A DNA stretch of 63,853 nt, the filler included, from Stramenopiles sp. TOSAG23-3 (taxonomy: Eukaryota), in the NCBI GenBank assembly GCA_900128585.1. It is 3 parts of 3 records of this genome, joined end to end, with 100 filler letters (N's around TTAATTAATTAA, not from the genome) between each part and the next. Parts side by side here need not be neighbours in the genome. Positions count along the whole stretch, not along the records: positions 21,880 to 43,575 come from LT642351.1; positions 43,676 to 63,853 come from LT642381.1; 1 more part is not named here. One strand, 5' to 3'. Position 1 is the stretch's first letter; every line of letters starts with the position of its first letter. The translations under genes and the position numbers were made by a program. Below are positions 32,871 to 43,676 of the stretch, piece after piece. Below the pieces are notes generated by a model. It was not told the origin of the DNA. It saw nothing but the letters and a program-made list of their open reading frames with translations, and made no database searches.

Positions 32871-33793
32871 ACCTTATTCCCTCCCAACGTATTTTCGTTG
32901 CACTATGTATCTACTCTGAGCTAGTTACATATGCCACATATGTCGACCGTAAGAAGAGATCAGTAGATGGTTCCTTATTTTCGAAAGAAGTCCAGGGCAT
33001 CGCTTCTCGGCAACACAAACCAGAGGTAAGGCAATTAGAATCCTTGCAGCTTTTTGCAGAGGTAAGATATTGATTAGACTCCCCTCCCCTGCCTCCTGCC
33101 TCCTCCTGCCTCCTTGCTCCTTGCAGTGAAAAAATAGTGGATAATATTTACACTACACAATATATATGCTATGTATATGTATATATATAATTTTAAATAA
33201 AGTAGAAGAAGGCTTTCAGAAGGTTTTTTTATTTTTTGTACAATTTATCAGCTGTAATCGAACAATGTTATACATAAACACAGCATGGTGTTTACATTTT
33301 TTTATTAGTTCTTCATCTTTTTTCTTGCTTTCTTCTTCTTCTTCATCTTTTTTCTTGCTTTCTTCTTCTTTTTCTCTGTCAGCTCCTCGTTGTCCTCTGG
33401 TATATTGTTGCTCTCAGTTGTTTTAATAAGCTAATAAGCGATGTTCTCGCATTTTCTTCGCGACGATTCTAATGGTACTTTTATGTATAGTAGTATAGTC
33501 GTTCTATTATATATTAATTAATACAATATAGCATTATACATCGTCACACCATTATTAACCACCACCACCACATGTTTGGTTGTTCGTTCTTCTTCGTTCT
33601 TCCTCCTCCACCGCATTTCTTCTTCCACAGCAAAAGTACTTTCGCGGAATGTACATGGTGTTTGCTCCCATTAGCCAAACTTTTGTGAAATAGAATGAAA
33701 CCTGTACCAACGGCAGCAATATTGTCTAACACTTTGAACGAACGTCCACAGAAACTTAGTTCTCTGAAAATATCAAGCAATTGCACTTGAAAC

Positions 33794-34402
33794 ATGGCTG
33801 CTTACGATTCTTACGGCGGCGGCAAGGAGGACAAATATGACTCGAACAGTGACGCAGCGAACCAAACGTTCGTGAACCCGTTCGCAGGGATCGAAAACGT
33901 CGATATCGGCGGTCATTTGCAATCCCCCGGGAGCAGTGTAGAATATTTGGATGGTTACAAAGGTCGAGGCTTGTACGAGCGTTTGTCGTACAACACAGGG
34001 GTGTCTTATTTGTCAGGTATTGGTCTCGGTGGGCTCTATGGTGCCGTCGAAGGTTTGCAGAATGCCCCTTCTAGAAAGTTCAAAATTCGACTAAATAGTT
34101 TTTTGAATAGTGCTGGCAAACGCGGGTCTAGGGCCGGCAACATGCTTGCGACCCTAGCAATGATGTTTAGTATGATGGAGGCGGGCATCGAACAGGTTGA
34201 GTTGGACCATTACGTGCCCCGTGAACTTGCGGAAGTTGGAATACCGACCGCTGCTGGGTTTGCGACAGGGGTGGTGTACAAAATGACACGTGGGCCCAAA
34301 ATAATGGGACTTTACGGTCTGATGGGCGCTGGGATAATGTTCTCCTTGTATGGAGGGAGCAAATTACTAAAGCAGAGGAAATCGATAAGCGAATTCCATT
34401 AA
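33794..34402 (+). CDS. TIM23: Mitochondrial import translocase subunit Tim23
   Basis: YNTGVSYLSGIGLGGLYG, RLNSFLN..GKRGS.AGN, and GxxxG TM segments of the Tim17/22/23 family. Confidence 0.92.
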   Translation: MAAYDSYGGGKEDKYDSNSDAANQTFVNPFAGIENVDIGGHLQSPGSSVEYLDGYKGRGLYERLSYNTGVSYLSGIGLGGLYGAVEGLQNAPSRKFKIRLNSFLNSAGKRGSRAGNMLATLAMMFSMMEAGIEQVELDHYVPRELAEVGIPTAAGFATGVVYKMTRGPKIMGLYGLMGAGIMFSLYGGSKLLKQRKSISEFH

Positions 34403-34741
34403 ATTGTACATGATAGAAATTCACATTGCTTTTTTTGTATAATATTTCAGCAGCAATGCTTTGTTTGCTTGTAGACATACTTTAGTACCATTAATTTATC
34501 TTAAACATAATAATAAGCAGCATAACATACCTTACGTTATTATATGTTATTAATACCACCCTTGTATTGTGTACTTAGTACCTGTACCAGGTACCTTCCA
34601 AATACATGTTTATTACGAGAGTATAAAAAAAAAACGTTTGCATTCGAAATAGTACTGTACCAAATGTGACTCTTTTATAAAAAGTCTTACTTCGTAAGTC
34701 GTCAAAGTAGTTGTTGAACGAACGTATTTTTAAAAAATGCT

Positions 34742-36391
34742 TTACTGAAAGTATTTTTGATCTGCTGCATGCTCGTCTTCTTCTTCGACTGCCTCGACCT
34801 TTTTCCTTCTAAATAGCGGTTTGCTGCGAGTCATAATCGGCTTCCCCGTTCGCTTCTTTGGTGCCTGCATGGCCCGCCGCATGGATATTTCCAGTTTTTC
34901 TCGGTATTTAATTTCAGCCTCCTTCAGCCTTGCATTCCTGTAGCGTTCTCGTCGCTCATTTTCTTTGTGTTTTTCTGCCCTGACAACAAAGTCTTCCGGC
35001 ATTTGTTCCATTTGCGTCAATAGTTCTTCAAGTTTGGCCTCTAAGTCCGTGAGCATCGTGAGGGTGCTTGGCTTGCTTTCTGCGTTAAAGCCACACTTCT
35101 CGTACACACCGCGGACTTTGGACTCCAACTTCTCCAACAGAGCTTTTTGCCCGTCTTCGCCGGTGCTGGCCTTTGCCCGCTTCTTCAAAGCACCGGCTTT
35201 GCTTTGCTCCTTCTCAATTTGACCTTCTAGAACGCTAATGTTTTTCGCCAACGCGGAAGTTTTTACTTCCATTTCTTGCTTCGTGCGACGGAAGGTTTGC
35301 TTCAACTCTTCCAGCGCTTGCTCTGTCTCCTGCGAGTTTTGGATAAGGAACAAGTTTTGTTCCTCCAACGCGGTAAATATATCTAACAGCTGCTCCGGTT
35401 CCCTAAAATACATGGGCGGGTCCGAGTCCGACAAGTAATCTTCGTCCGTGTCGTCAAATTCGGGCTCAGGGGGCAACACTGGCCCTTGCTTGGCAGCTTC
35501 CTTCTTCGATTTTTTTCGTTGCCTAATCCCTTCAGCCTCTGCTTTCCGTTTTTCTTCCGCTTCCTTCTCTGCATAATCGGCCTCGATCAGCGCACACTTT
35601 TGCTCCCACATTGCAGTCTGCTCACTGTGGACTTTCTCCCTCTTCTCTTTTGCCCGCTGCAATTTCAAGTTGTACTGTTCTTCGAAATACTCTGGCGGCG
35701 TCAGCTCGTCCAAGAACTTCTTGTACCGTTCGCAGTCCTCCAACTGCTCCTTGTACTTGTTCATTTCGTTTTCGACTTGCTGGATTTCGATGGTCAGGTT
35801 TTTGATCTTTTGTAGCTTCACTTGCTTTGCCTTGGTCGCCTCTTCTGCTAGTTTGATAGCTTCGTGGGCCTTTTGATCGTTTTCTTTCAGGAACGTATCA
35901 AAGCGGATCGCGTCCTCTTCTAGCATCAGCTCACTTTTCTTCAACGCTTGCTCTTTCATTTGTGCCTTCTCCTCCAACTTTCGGATTTCTTCACGCTTTG
36001 TGTCTAAACTCATCTGGACTAAAAACATTTCTCGCTTTTTGCTTATAAACTCTGACATACTCTCCTTTTCCCTTCGCCGGTCTTTTGATATCGCCGCCGT
36101 CGCTGCTGCGACGAGGCCTTTCGTGTGCCTGCTTTGTTTGTTCATAACGGCGCCCGCCCCTGGCAAAATATCGTCATCCTTGATGCGACGAATCTGCTGC
36201 TGCTTCATGGACGACGTAGTTTTGGCCCACACAGGCATGTTCTTGAGTCGCTCACGTTCTTCTTTCGCTTGCTTCCGTTGCTCATCCCTCATCAGGAACA
36301 CTTGTTCATCGGAGGGCAAGCGAAAAGGGTTCGTAAACTCTGTGGTCATTATGTTCGTAGCGTCCGGCGCACCTGGGTTCTTATCCGCCAT
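34742..36391 (-). CDS. CFAP100: Cilia- and flagella-associated protein 100 (CCDC37 family)
   Basis: NPFRLP, FISKKREMFLVQ, LEEDAIRFDTFLKEND, YF.EP.QLL..F..LEEQNLFLIQNSQETE, KKRTGK..M.RS. Confidence 0.93.
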   Translation of the reverse strand: MADKNPGAPDATNIMTTEFTNPFRLPSDEQVFLMRDEQRKQAKEERERLKNMPVWAKTTSSMKQQQIRRIKDDDILPGAGAVMNKQSRHTKGLVAAATAAISKDRRREKESMSEFISKKREMFLVQMSLDTKREEIRKLEEKAQMKEQALKKSELMLEEDAIRFDTFLKENDQKAHEAIKLAEEATKAKQVKLQKIKNLTIEIQQVENEMNKYKEQLEDCERYKKFLDELTPPEYFEEQYNLKLQRAKEKREKVHSEQTAMWEQKCALIEADYAEKEAEEKRKAEAEGIRQRKKSKKEAAKQGPVLPPEPEFDDTDEDYLSDSDPPMYFREPEQLLDIFTALEEQNLFLIQNSQETEQALEELKQTFRRTKQEMEVKTSALAKNISVLEGQIEKEQSKAGALKKRAKASTGEDGQKALLEKLESKVRGVYEKCGFNAESKPSTLTMLTDLEAKLEELLTQMEQMPEDFVVRAEKHKENERRERYRNARLKEAEIKYREKLEISMRRAMQAPKKRTGKPIMTRSKPLFRRKKVEAVEEEDEHAADQKYFQ

Positions 36392-37560
36392 GGTGTCTAG
36401 AAATTACTTGAACTAGAACTAAAACGGTGTATTGCGCGCTTCTTATTCGAAGGGTATGAAGAAATCAGTTTACAGTTCCACGTCAAACAGAACAAAAAGA
36501 GAACAAAAGCAACCTTTCACAATTTTTTTGTTACCTTCTTTTACATTTGTCAAAGCAACTTTCTCGTTTCGTACTTTGGTTACATGATCGGAAAGACAGA
36601 TGAAGTCAATGGTGTGAAGATGTTGTAATATAATATAAAATTAAAAAGTGTTATTATTATTTAATTGAGGAGAGAGAGGAGATAGATTTAATCTTCTTCT
36701 TCTTCTTCTAAAAAAAAAGAAAAAGCGTTGCTTCAGAATATAAGGATAAATTATATATATAGATAAACATAAAATAATACATGTACTATATATATATATA
36801 TGTTATTAAATTATAATAAGTGATATAATAATTCCTTAATTATTAAAATATACATGCATAAATGGCGAAACGACTAACGGTATTGTACTTTTCACAATCG
36901 GTGAAATGTTGGTTGTTTATTGTTTATTGTTTATTACTTTTAAATAGAAATAATAATTATTTTAGATTATAAAAAACGTAAAAAATAGTAGGAATTTTCA
37001 GTACAGGAACACACTATTAGGATGATTTTTAACTAATACATCAAAATAGCATAGAAGTGTTTTTTTATTTCAGAAAAAATGGTTTAGTTTATTTTCACTA
37101 TACCGATTTATATAGGTGCCAATAGGCTAAGATTACAAATACGATATTTTAAGTTTTTGCGATAAAATTCCATGTTTTTGTACTTGTAATATTTACCTAT
37201 ACAAATGCGTAGAGTGAAACTAAACTAAACCATTTTTTGTGAAATAAAAAAACACTTCTTTGCTATTTCTATGTATTAGTTAAAAATCATCCTAATGGTG
37301 TGTTCCTGTAATGAAAAATCCTATTTTTTAGGTTTATTATAAAAAGAACAATAAAAAATATAAAACCTAATATTAACACTAACACTATAATTAGGGTTGG
37401 TATACTATTAGGAGAAATAATTCTTGTGGTGCCAATTATTTGGTACCGTACCGTATCTCTTTCTGGCTTGTCCGGAATACGCGTTAACTTAAAAAAAAAA
37501 GTCATTTTATTTGTTGTCGGTTTTGGTTTCAATGAAGGCGATGAAACGATTGTGATACAA

Positions 37561-38602
37561 TTACGAGCGTTTCATCTTGTTCGACGTGGAATAGGCGTCT
37601 GCCAGGTTTTCCCTGCTGACAATCCGCTTTACCTTACTCCCAATGCTCTGCAGGTTTTCCAACGATGGGATTTTATGAAGACCAGAAGTTGATCGTATCT
37701 CTTCCACCTCACTGAGCTGCGTTTTGGCTTTTTCGGTTTGAATTTCAACATAGCTTTTCATGGCGTGCTGTAAGTGCAAAATGTGTGTTAGTAATTATTG
37801 TGTGTGATTGGTTCTGAAAGATGGGCGTTCTACGTACGTTTGCAACAACTCGCTCCATGTAATATTGCCCATTGAATACGACCAATCCAACACCAAAAAA
37901 CAAGGCGATTGGATTGACTTGCTTGAACCCACTCATGTACGACGTGTACACCAGTACTCCCGTGGCCAAGCACCCTGGGCCACGGCACCAGACGTTAATG
38001 TATCGGTTGATACGCTTTTCTTGCAAAGATGGCATCTTTCCAAGTTTGACCAGAGTCAGCATATAATAGTCCACCCCACCTGGAAACCCAGAGATGAAAA
38101 AACTTAAAAAGGATGATGCTGGACCCCAGTTGTAACAAAAGTGTAAGCCAACGATGCATAGTGCAAATACAAGGTGGTGAAACCAATCGTCCCATGTCAG
38201 TCGAAAGGCCAGAATGTGGTACAAGTGTATTGCTGCAATGATGCATACTGGCAGATCGGTACACGCATAGCTAGAGAAGTCACATTTTGGATTGAGGCAA
38301 TTTATTGGGTTTACGATCAGTTCTAATACGTCCGGCAGTGAAAAAATAACGACAAAAAGATTGGCGAAAGAGTGCAGTCCAAACCAGCGAGCATTGGTTC
38401 CACCAACTTTCACAAGGTTTGAAAAAAACAAGATATCCACAACACCCAACATAAAAAGAGAGACAAGAAACGCAATTATCGAAGCGTTATTGTCAGAAGC
38501 CATTCTTGGATTCAGCATGACGTGGTAAGGTGTCGTGTTCCAATACTTTTGCATGGAGCGGATCGCCAACGTAAAGGAGTCGGTACCTTGAGCTGCGGTC
38601 AT
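37561..38602 (-). CDS. TLC (TRAM/LAG1/CLN8)-domain membrane protein, two exons (38602-37838, 37767-37561)
   Basis: ARWFGLH, HLYH, DWFHHLVF, FISGFPGGVDY, INVWCRGP; a phase-0 intron joins ...VVAN to HAMKSY... Confidence 0.85.
37768..37837 (-). other. 70-bp spliceosomal intron
   Basis: GTACGT donor, TACTAAC branch point (37787-37793), TTACAG acceptor; splicing preserves the frame. Confidence 0.85.
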
Positions 38603-39297
38603 TGTTGTATACTCGTTCTTCGTATTCTTGCTGGGACCTGGTGGTTTACGGGCTATGGTTGGAACTTCAGATTGCTATAGAACTATATAATGGACAGAAA
38701 AAAATGTAACCCTAAAATTCTATGATGACCGCCGTTCCATTTTTATTGCATATGTTGAAATCACAATGAAACGAAAGGATCGAATCATTCGTCGTTATTT
38801 TATTTTTTTTATTATTATTATTGTTGTACCAATAATATAAAAAATAATTTCCAATTTTAAATATTATACTAGAAGACGACTAATAACAAAACAGCAGCAC
38901 CACACATTTATAATAAAATGTAGGAGAGGGAGAAGGGAGAGAGAGACCTATTATTGTTCTAATAAAATAATAATATCTTCGTAGTCGTCTATCATCAAGA
39001 TGACTTTTATATTATTTATATTTTTTAAAAAATAAAAAAAACATAATACTGTACTGTATTAATAATAAAAAAAATAATTGTTTTGTGCGCTTTGAAATAC
39101 AAAGGACATGGTGGGTCGGTCGTTATTTTATTAATATTTTTTTATAGTTTTCTTGCTGCTGTTTTTGTCGCGTCGATGATCTTCTTCTTTTTTTTTTTCT
39201 TCTTCAAAAACCTAATTATAACACTAACTTGGTTCGTGACACACTAAAAAATATCCTAACCACCCACTCATACCCGTTTGTTTTCTCACACGCCGTA

Positions 39298-41499
39298 CTA
39301 TACGACCACTTCTCCAACCCCCAGGCGCTGTCTTTTGTTGGAGCTTCTTCGTGCACGAGAAGTCGAAGGGATTGAGATATTTTTGGTAACAAAACTTTGT
39401 AAATACCTCTGCAGCCCTTCCCGGTAGTCATCGGCATCTTTCTCCCCGAAAAGTTTCGGACCATCAACATTCTTGAACAACTTCTTTCTGTTGCGAATGA
39501 CATAGAAGAACGAAGTGTCGAGACCCTCTAGGTTACAAACAATTGCTTCCATATATAGGGCAATGAATACCCCACAGTCCCATCCATTTTTCTGCCGTGG
39601 TAAATCTTGGACGGAAAACCCAGGAAGGTTTTGAGCCGTTAAATTTAATGTTCTTTGCTTGCCCTTTGGTTCGTTCGTAGCAGGTTTTCCATCACTTTGC
39701 TGCGCTTCGTTTTGCGCAACAACGGGCCCTTCCGCATCTTTGCCCGCCGAGAGTTTTGTATCCACCGTTTCCTCTACATCCTCGCGTTGCAGCTCCAGCC
39801 TCGGACTTTCGTCACTATTTCCGTGTTTCAAAAATTTTGTAAACAAGCTACGGAGCTTACGAAAAACATCCTGCGCCCTATGATGACCCAATGAATCAAA
39901 CAACAGAATGCACGGCACTTCTGTGTGTGCTGACAAATCTTGTTGAGATTCCTTCGGGCTATTGGAGTGTGCTACTCGTGGCCCAATTTTGCCAGTGTCT
40001 TCCAGTTTACCCTTAAATTCATTGTCTTCGGTCGCCCGCTTCATTTCATTTCCTTTCGTCGCACCTACATCAGTCCCAGCGCTACATTTCTGCCGTATAT
40101 TATTCCCCATGGTTACAATGGCAAAGTCTTTGCATGCCTGGAAATCATTGTTTAAGTTGCAAACCATAACCAGGCTCCAGTGAGTAAACTGGCATACCGG
40201 AAAAAGCAAAAACTTCTTGTTTAAGATTTCATCCCGTTTCTTATTCATGATATTCACAAGATCAACTTCCCTGCCTTTTTGTAGGAGTTGAAAAAAGTGT
40301 GTATTAAAAATATGAACCTTTTCGAGCGCAGTTTTCGACATCTTAGTCTCTACTAGACGCTGTATGCAAACATCAACCAGCGTGTCATTTAGGTAGTGTT
40401 TCGGTCTTAGTCGATAAAAATCTGCACGGGTGATGGTTATTGGTTTTTGACGGCGTGCTGATTCTGATTTCGATTTTGGTAAGTAGCGGCAAAATGTTTT
40501 AGACCCCAGATCCACCATCTGGGTTACTTTAACGTACCCGACAGCACCCCATTCCAATCTTACTTGCTGAATGTTTTTGTCCCATTCCAAATGTGTCAAT
40601 GAGTCCGAGCGCATTTGGTTTTTGCCAGATTTTACGAACCGAAGCTGGCGTTCTTCGACGACGCCCTCCCCGAAAGGGGTAGACACAATTGTTTCCATGT
40701 TGTACGGGCGTAAGGAGGGAAATTGACCTTTTCTAGAGGAATCAACCCCCGTCGTATTTGCGTTCTCTTTACTACCATCTTGGCAACGGACTGGACGCAA
40801 GGAGCTAAGGGGAGGGTTGCCAGACTTCAAACATTTCATGTTCCTGGGGAGAGAAGGCGTTCCCGCTGTTGATGCAGGCGTCTGCCCTTCGTCATCGGAA
40901 GAATCTAGTAAGTCAATAATATCGTGCGCATTGCTAACTTGTGCGCTCACACTCTCAACATCTACAACAGCCTTGTCAGACGGGAGTTGTGACCCTTTGT
41001 CTTTTCTAGAAGGAGTTTTTCTCTTTCTCCCAGCAACTCGGCCTCTACGGGTACGAGGGGAGTGTACAACCTTTGCAGTAGTCCCATTCGTCTCTTTTGC
41101 ACTTTTCGCTTTCTCCGTGCTTGGTCTAAAGAAGAAAATCACACGCGGCGAATTTGAATACAGCTGAAACAGCGACATTGCATCCTTAAAGCTCATGTTA
41201 GTCATGTCGTGATTTTCAAGTAAAACAAGCTGATCCCCTATTTTCAAGACTCCCGCATCAGCGATACTTTTTGAAGGAACTTTGAATATGGTAATTCCGT
41301 TCTTTGTTCTTCTCTCTGGAGGTGCCGCTAATTCGATACCAACAGATCCTTTATTAACCCGAATACCGATGTATGTGCCACAGCGCAAATTCACTATGTA
41401 ACTCACATGATCGCGTATCTCCGTCTTATCAGTTATAAAGCGAACGCGTCGAGCTTCGTCTTCTGCTTCCTGCTCAGGCCGAGGCTCGCTATCGGCCAT
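39298..41499 (-). CDS. Ulp1/SENP-family (C48) SUMO protease with N-terminal PDZ-like domain
   Basis: YLNDTLVD, HIFNTHFF, HWSL, FDSL, QKNGWDCGVF (His-Asp-Cys triad); PDZ-like GSVGIEL...LKIGDQLV. Confidence 0.88.
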   Translation of the reverse strand: MADSEPRPEQEAEDEARRVRFITDKTEIRDHVSYIVNLRCGTYIGIRVNKGSVGIELAAPPERRTKNGITIFKVPSKSIADAGVLKIGDQLVLLENHDMTNMSFKDAMSLFQLYSNSPRVIFFFRPSTEKAKSAKETNGTTAKVVHSPRTRRGRVAGRKRKTPSRKDKGSQLPSDKAVVDVESVSAQVSNAHDIIDLLDSSDDEGQTPASTAGTPSLPRNMKCLKSGNPPLSSLRPVRCQDGSKENANTTGVDSSRKGQFPSLRPYNMETIVSTPFGEGVVEERQLRFVKSGKNQMRSDSLTHLEWDKNIQQVRLEWGAVGYVKVTQMVDLGSKTFCRYLPKSKSESARRQKPITITRADFYRLRPKHYLNDTLVDVCIQRLVETKMSKTALEKVHIFNTHFFQLLQKGREVDLVNIMNKKRDEILNKKFLLFPVCQFTHWSLVMVCNLNNDFQACKDFAIVTMGNNIRQKCSAGTDVGATKGNEMKRATEDNEFKGKLEDTGKIGPRVAHSNSPKESQQDLSAHTEVPCILLFDSLGHHRAQDVFRKLRSLFTKFLKHGNSDESPRLELQREDVEETVDTKLSAGKDAEGPVVAQNEAQQSDGKPATNEPKGKQRTLNLTAQNLPGFSVQDLPRQKNGWDCGVFIALYMEAIVCNLEGLDTSFFYVIRNRKKLFKNVDGPKLFGEKDADDYREGLQRYLQSFVTKNISIPSTSRARRSSNKRQRLGVGEVVV

Positions 41500-42323
41500 T
41501 CTTAATACAAAGGAAAAAGTTAACCGAAGGAAAGACGATCTGAGACGCTACTTTTGCATCCCTCGCTCATTTATACTTAAATGTCAACCAACCGTTGTTT
41601 TCTGGTGGAAGATCAAACTCTTTTCAAGAAATACGATCCCAAAGAATGTGGATTGGTTAATTGGTTAAAGGGAAGAAGAAGTTTTATAATAATTAAAATA
41701 ATAATAATAATAAGAAGAAGAAGAAGAAGAAGAAGAAGAGGAGAGGTAGGAGGAGAGAAGAAGAAAAGAAGAAAAAAAGAAAAAAAAGAAAAAAAAAAGA
41801 AGATATTAAAATAAAATAATAGGAAGATGAGATGATTTTTTTTTTTTTCGCTCTTTCTTCGCTGCTGCTGTGGTTTTGTTGTTCGTTGTTCTTCATCATT
41901 GCTTCTTCTTCTTGAAAATATTATTAGTAGTTGCATTCTTCTCTGTTGTTTTTAATATTTTCAATTTCTATGATATATGTATATAATATTATTGTTGTTG
42001 TGAGATTTGAAAAGATTCACACCTTCTTTCTTGTTTTTTTTCTTTCTTCTTCTTCTTCTTCCGCGTCGTGCGTGCGTGCGTTGTTGTTGTTGTTGTTGTA
42101 TGTTTTGTTGAAAATAAAATTTGAAATATAATACCAATTTTCTGTATCACGGGTACTTTCACATCTTTCTAATAAATGGGTATTTTTCGAGATTTACGAA
42201 TCGGTTCCTATTTAGATTTATTCGCAGAGATAATTACTAGAAAAAGACTAATTGCATTGTCCTGAACATTTAGTTATTTATTGCTTCAGAGCAAGCGCGC
42301 CCCCGTTCTGGTATCGTCAAAAC

Positions 42324-42827
42324 ATGGGAGACTCGTCAACACCACAACCGGCAAGGCCGAAAGTTGGAGTCGGTTGTTTTGTAACTTCTGCGAAGTATCC
42401 AGGCTGTGTATTGTTGGGTAAACGGTTAAACAAGGATGGTTTGGGAACGTACGCTTTACCCGGAGGCCATGTCGAGTTTGGCGAGACTTTTGAAGAAACT
42501 GCCGTCAGGGAAGTGAAAGAAGAAACTAATTTGGACGTTGAGAACGCTCGGACAGTTGCTTTTGTTAACTGCTGCCGTAACGATATCGGATATCACTATT
42601 TAATTCCACTTGTGACCGCAGAGTACAAAGGGGAGGATGAACCAGTGAACACGGAACCGAACAAGTGCGAAGGGTGGAAATGGACGAAGTGGGACGAAAA
42701 TTTACCAAAACCATTGTTTTATGGACTTGAGGATATAATTTCAAGCGGGTTTTCACCTTTTGGGCCACCTGCTCCGGCGAATACTGCGGAAGGTGGGAAA
42801 GTTTCTTATTTTGTACAACAACAGTAA
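42324..42827 (+). CDS. NUDT15: Nudix hydrolase, NUDT15/MutT-like
   Basis: ATG at 42324; RPKVGVG, Nudix box PGGHVEFGETFEETAVREVKEETNL, EPNKCEGW.W. Confidence 0.88.
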   Translation: MGDSSTPQPARPKVGVGCFVTSAKYPGCVLLGKRLNKDGLGTYALPGGHVEFGETFEETAVREVKEETNLDVENARTVAFVNCCRNDIGYHYLIPLVTAEYKGEDEPVNTEPNKCEGWKWTKWDENLPKPLFYGLEDIISSGFSPFGPPAPANTAEGGKVSYFVQQQ

Positions 42828-42899
42828 GGGTTATATTTTAAAGGAACTCTCGTCATTCTTAAATCCTTATTCTTAGTGCGCAGCTATTGCCTTACAAAC

Positions 42900-43574
42900 T
42901 CATCTTTTAATGGGAGGCAACCGTCTTACGCGCTTTTTTGCTTTTTTCATTTTCCCCCCCTCCGATGGCGCGCTTCTCGCTTCGTTCTCTCTTTCTCTTT
43001 TCTCGTCCGGCAAAATTGCATTTGGAGGAGGTGGGGTTGGTTCGGGGATAACCAATCCATACGCTTGCATCAATCGCGGCGGCAGTTTCCCCCTATGCCC
43101 AGCTGCCTGCTTCGTTTCACCCCTACCAATTGCTAGAATCTCACTAGCTGATTTCCCTTCCATCTTTGCTTTGCAGACACTGTTCCAACTTTTCATCGCA
43201 AGGTGCGTACGCCCACGGTCTGTCTTCAGATTCCAACCCAAGCGTATAAATTCGGCTACCTCCATGTGCCCTCGTCTATACGCGCAGTCGGCAGGAGACC
43301 TTTCGCAGTTATCTTGCTGTTTCACGTTGCATCCGTTCAAAATGAAAGTGTTGCAGCATTCCATAAAACCAAGCTCTGCCGTGTAATGCAAGGGCGATCG
43401 TCCACAATGGTCAAGGACGTTCACCACTGCTCCTAGCGAACAAATGTACTTGATGACTCTCAAATTTCCCTTACACGCAGCATAATGCAACGTGCTAAAT
43501 CCGTTCGATCGGTCTATTTGATCAATGTTTGCACCTGCATTGATTAACAATTTACAGATTTCTAAATGCCCGTT
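42900..43574 (-). CDS. Ankyrin-repeat protein, 5' end cut by contig end
   Basis: Frame open to the gap (NGHLEICKLLINAGA); LHYAACKGN, SPLHYTAELG and SPADCA..RGH repeats. Confidence 0.88.
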   Translation of the reverse strand, partial: NGHLEICKLLINAGANIDQIDRSNGFSTLHYAACKGNLRVIKYICSLGAVVNVLDHCGRSPLHYTAELGFMECCNTFILNGCNVKQQDNCERSPADCAYRRGHMEVAEFIRLGWNLKTDRGRTHLAMKSWNSVCKAKMEGKSASEILAIGRGETKQAAGHRGKLPPRLMQAYGLVIPEPTPPPPNAILPDEKRERENEARSAPSEGGKMKKAKKRVRRLPPIKR

Positions 43575-43575
43575 T

Positions 43576-43675
43576 NNNNNNNNNNNNNNNNNNNNNNNNN
43601 NNNNNNNNNNNNNNNNNNNTTAATTAATTAANNNNNNNNNNNNNNNNNNNNNNNNNNNNNNNNNNNNNNNNNNNN
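43576..43675. other. Artificial contig linker (44N-TTAATTAATTAA-44N)
   Basis: Identical to the linker at 21780-21879. Confidence 0.97.
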
Positions 43676-43676
43676 T

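Noticed and set aside
32999..33011. ATCGCTTCTCGGC matching the 5' end of U2 snRNA
   Set aside because: The match stops after 13 nt; the GTGTAGTA branch-pairing sequence does not follow.
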